Assembly: GCF_009914755.1 (NCBI RefSeq) | Contig: NC_060927.1 | DNA: 64,000 nucleotides | Origin: the human T2T-CHM13v2.0 reference genome, Homo sapiens | Strand: one strand, 5' to 3' | Shown: piece after piece, positions 58,009 to 64,000 of the stretch | Position numbering within the stretch: position 1 is the stretch's first letter | Layout: each line of letters begins with the position of its first letter | Notes under the pieces: generated by a model | Told to the model about the DNA's origin: nothing | Seen by the model: only the letters and a program-made list of their open reading frames with translations | Database searches by the model: none | Position numbers and translations under genes: made by a program

Positions 58009-60319
58009 GAAATCTCTCATTGCTACTCCATTCTTTCTGCCCAACTTGACTTAGTAGCTTATATTCAGAACTAGCAAAGAACAGGAAAAAGCAATAAAAA
58101 TAATAAGTAGATTGATGAGCAGGTGGACTGAATAATTACTTTCAGTTATAGAACTCCTCCTATTTACCTTCCAGGTTCTAATTTATGTGCTGTATTATTT
58201 CTAATACTTGGCATTGTTGCTAATATTTACATTATCTCTAACTTCAACAGGAGGCATTATTACTCCATTTCAGAGGTGTTAAAACTTAGCCTGAGAGAGG
58301 TTGAGTTATTGAACAGAGCAGGTTTAGAACCCAGACCTGTTTGATTCCAAGGCCCTGCCCCTTTGAATGTCATGGCCTTTTACTCTGTGCCCTGAGATGG
58401 CTCAGTACTTGCTTAGTGGGCCCAATAGAGTGCTGAAGGAGAAAGAAGAGCACTGGATTAGGAGTCTTATGTCTGGATGCACCATCGAAGTGGAACCCAG
58501 GCATGGGCAGCTGTTTAAATGATCTCCAAATGGCCCATGGCTGAATCATCTCCATCTTCATGTTGTTTGCCAACAAAACAGACATTCTTTGCCACAGTTG
58601 GTTTTTGTTTGTTCATTTCTCTGATATGTCGACCCTACTTAATATAGGGAAATAGAAAATTTCCTGATTAAATTAAATGAGATCGAACTCAAGTCTGTTT
58701 GGAAGATGGATTTAGGTGGAGGATAAACAGTAGGGTAAGTTTCTGGAAAGTGAACTCAAAATGGCAGCGCCCTGGCTGTCAAACCTCATTTCCTTTTCTC
58801 GTTTCCTTTTCATCTCACATCCCCATCTCATAAATGCTCATCTTTCCTCTGTGAACTGACTGATGTCAATCACATAGAGAACTTCAAACTCCCTCAGAGT
58901 TCCTTTAAAGAGAATCAACCCTAATGTGGTTTCCATCTAGTTAAGTGCTTGAGTCTTGTGTAAGTAAACAACCCAACTTTGACACCAGAAAGTTTATGGT
59001 ATGGTTGGGGTTGTGGTTGGAGTGGAGGAGAAGCAGGTTTAAGGGAAATTTTAAGTAGGAGATTTCTCTTCAGAAAAGAAAATGAAGTCTCGGCTGAAGT
59101 TGTTCTCTATTTCATCAGTGTTACAGGCACTCCACACCAAGCTCAGGTTGCACCCTGCCCTCTGCACTTTACCTTGGGCTACAGGTCTGGGCAAGGGAAG
59201 TCGTAACAATTCATTGCCCTATTTCCTGCAAGAAGATCAAGTCTAGGGCTCACGAAGCCAAAGAAGAGAAATTCTTCTCCAGTGACTGAAAAGTCACCTT
59301 CTTCAGCTCCTTCACCTTCACTCTTTTCTCTTCAGGGAAAGCTGCCCTTCTCCTGGGGACTGGTATGTTACCTTATGAATACTGGGAATTGGGTAGCTGA
59401 TTTTCAGTTTTCGTGTTTGCTGCAAGGAAGCTTACATACAAATTTGGGATGCACTTCTAGTAGAGTGTGCTGGCCTTCAGGGCATAACTTGGAACACTAA
59501 TCTTACCTCGTTTTCACCTGATTCCTCCTACAATCTCTTTTATTTTCCATAGGTATCTTAATTTGATGGATTTTTTAACATCCTGCATTGTTTGTGTCTT
59601 TGCAAGCTGTCTTCAATTGTTCTGGAACAAGTAGTAAGAACTCCATATATCTGTCAAGCCACATATTTAGGTGTCTGTCCAACATACAATAACACTCTTC
59701 TCCCCATTTTTCTGTAGGAACTGCCTTAGCCACAGGAATGAGACCCCAAGTCAACCTGTTTGCACTATGTGATCCTGCCTGTTGGGCCAACTTAACTGGG
59801 ATTGAGGTATATACCTAACCCAACCTGAGCCACACAAATTCTCTCCTCTGGGAATTTGAAATTGGGAGTGGCAAATGCCTAGTCTGCTAGGCTGGGTACT
59901 TGACTATGTAAATATCTGCAGCATTGATTCTTAACCCTGGCTGCCCCATAGAATCACCAGGGACACTGAAAAAATACTGGTCCATCTCTGCTTATTAAGG
60001 AATTTGAAGATATATACATTGGATGTGACCCATTAATTCTTCTCCCAGATAAATCTACTGATTGGATTTATTATCATCATTCCTCTAAAGAGTTTGTAAC
60101 TGGAGCATATGAAATGTAACCCTTAAATTTTTCTACCTCTCATTGAAAATTGTTGCATAGAAAGGATGCAAAACCAAAGTACTTTCTGTTCACTTCAGTC
60201 CCAACATCTGCAAATACATAGATAGAATTTTGAATGAATTGAAGAGTCTCTCACTACCATTGGACTTTATTTCTGATACCATTATTGGTATTTCTGATTA
60301 CCATTGGACTTATTAGGAG

Positions 60320-60321
<2 letters not shown>

Positions 60322-60358
<37 letters not shown>
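60322..60358. repeat. (TA)n microsatellite
   Basis: Directly visible. Confidence 0.95.
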
Positions 60359-60369
60359 GTGTATTTGTA

Positions 60370-60805
<436 letters not shown>

Positions 60806-61449
60806 AACATACATTTCTTTAACACTTTCTATGTTTAAGGCCTTTTGCTGGTGCTGGGGGTGGTGAAGGGAAGGGAAGAAAGTAGATATCTGGAAAGACC
60901 TGACCCTAGGGAGACAGGCAACAAGCAACATGGCAGAGAGGAATTAATGGTCATATTCTTAGGATATAGCAGTAAGGAAGGCACCAGAAGCTTGCTCCAA
61001 GCAGTACTAGCAAGTTCTGCTTATCTTGTTTTATGTCAGATAATCTAGTATTCCTTCCATTTGTAGAAATAATCATGGGGTGGCTAAAGTGTCATTCAAA
61101 TTATGCCCATGAAGAGGCTAGATGCAACCAGCCTCCAAGAGCAGTCTCATTTAAATCTAGATAAAACCTATCAGATATTCCACATATTGTAATTCCCATT
61201 TGAATTCCTCGCTCAGAACCAATTTTCTCAGTTGGCCTTTCTTGCCCTTTCTTTTTATTGTTTATCTACCTTTGAAAATAACAAAGAAATGGAGTGGGAA
61301 ATGGAAAATTACTCTGTTGGAAAAACTCACCTTCTTAAATGTGAGTTTTCAATGCGTTTAGAAATATAGTATAGAATTTCTGAGTGCACCCAGATATCTC
61401 CTCAAGCTAGTGTAACTGACAGAGCTCCCGGTTGGAGAGAAAAACACAT

Positions 61450-61670
61450 TAACAGTAATACTTAATATTTACTGAGTACTTACACACCAGACAATTCTGC
61501 TAAAAGGTTAGATGCAATATCTTACTTAATGTTCAGAATAATCCTTGAGTAATTCCATCTTCTCTGTGTTACAGAAGAGCAAACTGAGGCTTAGAGAGGT
61601 AAAGGAATGTGCCCAAGGTCATGCAGGTCACTAAGGGTGGACACTGGATCAGTACTTCGGTCTGTCCACT
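61450..61670 (-). mobile_element. MIR
   Basis: Motif aaactgaggcttagagaggtaaaggaatgtgcccaaggtca. Confidence 0.8.
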
Positions 61671-62264
61671 AGAATTTGAGAACTTTGTTTTTGATAGTTG
61701 CTGTATCATTTACCATTCAAGTAATGCCTGGCATTGGGAGGCACTCAATAAATATTTGTTGAATGAGTGAATAAGTGAATGACTATCTGGCTCCAGAAGA
61801 AAATCTCTAGCAGGTGGGTAGAATCACATGCCTAATGGATAAAGCCCCTACACCATGGATTATGGGCTTGAGCCGGGAGGTGTCCGCTTTCAGAAATGAA
61901 TGGTGGCATAGAAATAGTATCCCATGACCCAGAAAAGCTAGGTTCTTATCTTGGCTCTTTAGCTGTGTGACCTTGGGCCCATCATCCTCATGCCTTTCTG
62001 AGCTTCAGATGTCATTTCTGCAAGATGAGAGCCCTCAGAGTACCTCTGCATTCTCTTCCAACTCCAACAGCCTGTCAGTCACAAGAATTTTACACTTCAG
62101 AAATTGATCTTCTGGATAAACCACTCCAAGGACAAACCCCAAATGGTTTCCAGCTGTCAGAAGAGATTCATTCCCACCCCAAATACGGTACCACCTTCTC
62201 TGTCTCTCCAGATTCCCTACTGGGATGCTGCATTTAGTGTTTATTTCTTTTACTTTCTTTTCTT

Positions 62265-62770
62265 CCCCACTTTTCAACTTTTAATTTTGAAATAATTTTT
62301 TACTTACACAGAAAGTAAGAAAAAATTTCTGATTACCCTTCTTATAGTTTCCCCAAATGTTAACATTTTTCATGCCACAGTGAAATGATCAAAATCAGAA
62401 AGTTAACATTGATAAAATACTATTTTCTGACCTACAGTCCTCAAGTTCACCAATAGTCTCACTAATCTACTTTTTTTTCTGCTCCAAGATCCAGCCCAAA
62501 TTTACGTGTTGCATTTAGTTTGTCTTGTTTTGTTTGTCTTCCTTGATTTGCAACAGATTCTCAATCTGTCTTTGTCTTTCATGCCCTTGATGCATTTGGA
62601 GTATTGCCAAGGTATTTTTTAGAACGTCCCTCAATTCGGGTTGGTCTGGTGGTGATTGAGTTCAGTTTATACACTTTTACTAAAAATATCACAGAAGTGA
62701 TTTGATTCCTTATTTTGCCTCTTATCAGGCGCTATGTGGTGTCAATTTGTCATATTACTCATGATGCTTT
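62265..62770 (-). mobile_element. L1MC-like fragment
   Basis: Motifs tttccccaaatgttaacatt, gttgcatttagtt and tagaacgtccctcaatt. Confidence 0.72.
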
Positions 62771-63344
62771 TTGTTGCTCTCAGTTTTATCATATTCTAGA
62801 TGTTTTATCTAAAAGTAGAGTAATAATAATAATACCTGCCTCACAAAGTTGTTGTGAAGATTGAGTAGAAAAAAGGCCATATAAAGCACAATTCCTGGGA
62901 TAGCAGGGCTTATCATTTTCATCTTTTTTTTAAGTATATCAAATAATTAGGAAATTATTTGAGTAAAAATGGGAGTTTCTGACTGAGCTGGAGTTGGGGC
63001 ATTTGCAAATCCACATTTTGCCTTTGCATTCACTGCTGCAGCTGTGCCCCCTGAAGTCAGGAGAATTCCAGCAGGCCCGGAAGGATCACAACTCTCAATG
63101 TTTCTCTGTAAGGACAGCAAAAGTAACTAAAGTGTCATTTGAATGTTTGGCTATTGTAAGCTCAGTGGCAGGGGACATGTCTATTCAACCCTGGATCTGG
63201 CCTACAAGATGTCAGATAACCTTTTCAAGGGCATGAGATGTTAATAGTTTTTGAAGTCAAGTTACTAGATATTATGTTTTTGCCTGGGTAAAACATACGA
63301 TGAATGTATAAATCTGGGTTTTACAGGTGACATCTACATAGAGT

Positions 63345-63407
63345 GTTTATTTAACTAACTGCAGTTAGTTTATTTAACTAACTGCAGTTAGTTTATTTAA
63401 CTAACTG
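63345..63407. repeat. Perfect 23-bp tandem repeat x2.7 with an internal 18-bp palindrome
   Basis: Unit gtttatttaactaactgcagtta; palindrome aactaactgcagttagtt at 63353-63370 and 63376-63393. Confidence 0.95.
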
Positions 63408-64000
63408 ATTGACATGTAGGTATTCTGTAATATTTTTCTATTAGTCTGTGAATAGGCAGTCCAATGAATTATTTATTGGGCTAACACATCCTGGTGCTTT
63501 TTTTTTTTTTTTTTTTTTGAACATTCTCTATTGGAAGTCATGGTTTTGCTTACTCAATTAACCTTCTCCTGCCCACATCTTCTCTCTTGAGGAGTAAACT
63601 ACCAAAATACAAAGCAGCATTTTGGTGTACAGAGGAAGGGATCAAGCTTGCTCAAGATCTTATTCTCCTCCAGTTGTAATCTCTCCAAAATCACATGTAG
63701 AACCTTATTTTCTAATTGATTATAGGGCATGAGATGCACAAACACCAATTCACTATGCTTTTCTAGAAATGAGTAAAGCTGCGGCAGAGAAGTAAAGAGA
63801 GAAAACATTCCCCTCGTTCTGCCAGATTCCAGACTCATTTCTCTGAAGATAGCCACCATTTGAAGAGTACTACCAAGGTACTTTGTAGAACGTCCCTCTG
63901 TTTGGGCTGGTGCTGGGGATGGCAGTGACAACAAGAACTGTTGAATCAGAAAGTATTTTTCTATTGTCCCTTTACCCTCCATGCTCTCTATAGTGCCATT

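Noticed and set aside
58762-58782. CTCF-like GC-rich motif (gcagcgccctggctg)
   Set aside because: Matches only the GGGCGCTG half and lacks the central AG; too weak without ChIP data.
63345-63407. CRISPR-like palindromic repeat array
   Set aside because: Units are contiguous with no unique spacers, the context is mammalian, and there are no cas genes.

Overview
This is human (or very close great-ape) genomic DNA. It contains young AluY elements and the 5' end of TNIK (TRAF2- and NCK-interacting kinase, a Ste20/GCK-IV kinase) on the minus strand. The only supportable coding sequence is the 57-bp first coding exon (24310-24366, MASDSPARSLDEIDLSALR, phase-0 GT donor). It lies in a CpG island/promoter at about 23.7-25.7 kb. 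Positions 1-24309 are the proximal part of TNIK intron 1. Positions 26-64 kb are upstream, repeat-dense DNA. The whole window holds about 30 Alu/FLAM copies plus L1, L2, MIR, MLT1/MST/LTR16 LTRs and MER5/MER20 DNA transposons, often nested. Almost all listed ORFs are repeat-derived or chance. I find no new protein-coding system. Four things merit a second look: (i) a dense post-transcriptional control cluster around exon 1 (uORFs, 5'UTR G4, in-frame GUG extension, intronic G4, cryptic donors just before a long UG tract); (ii) a complex fold-back/templated-insertion scar at about 40.5-41.5 kb; (iii) a very young AluYk-like insertion; (iv) a possible divergent TATA-driven transcript. Repeat subfamilies were assigned by eye from remembered consensus motifs, and their boundaries are approximate.
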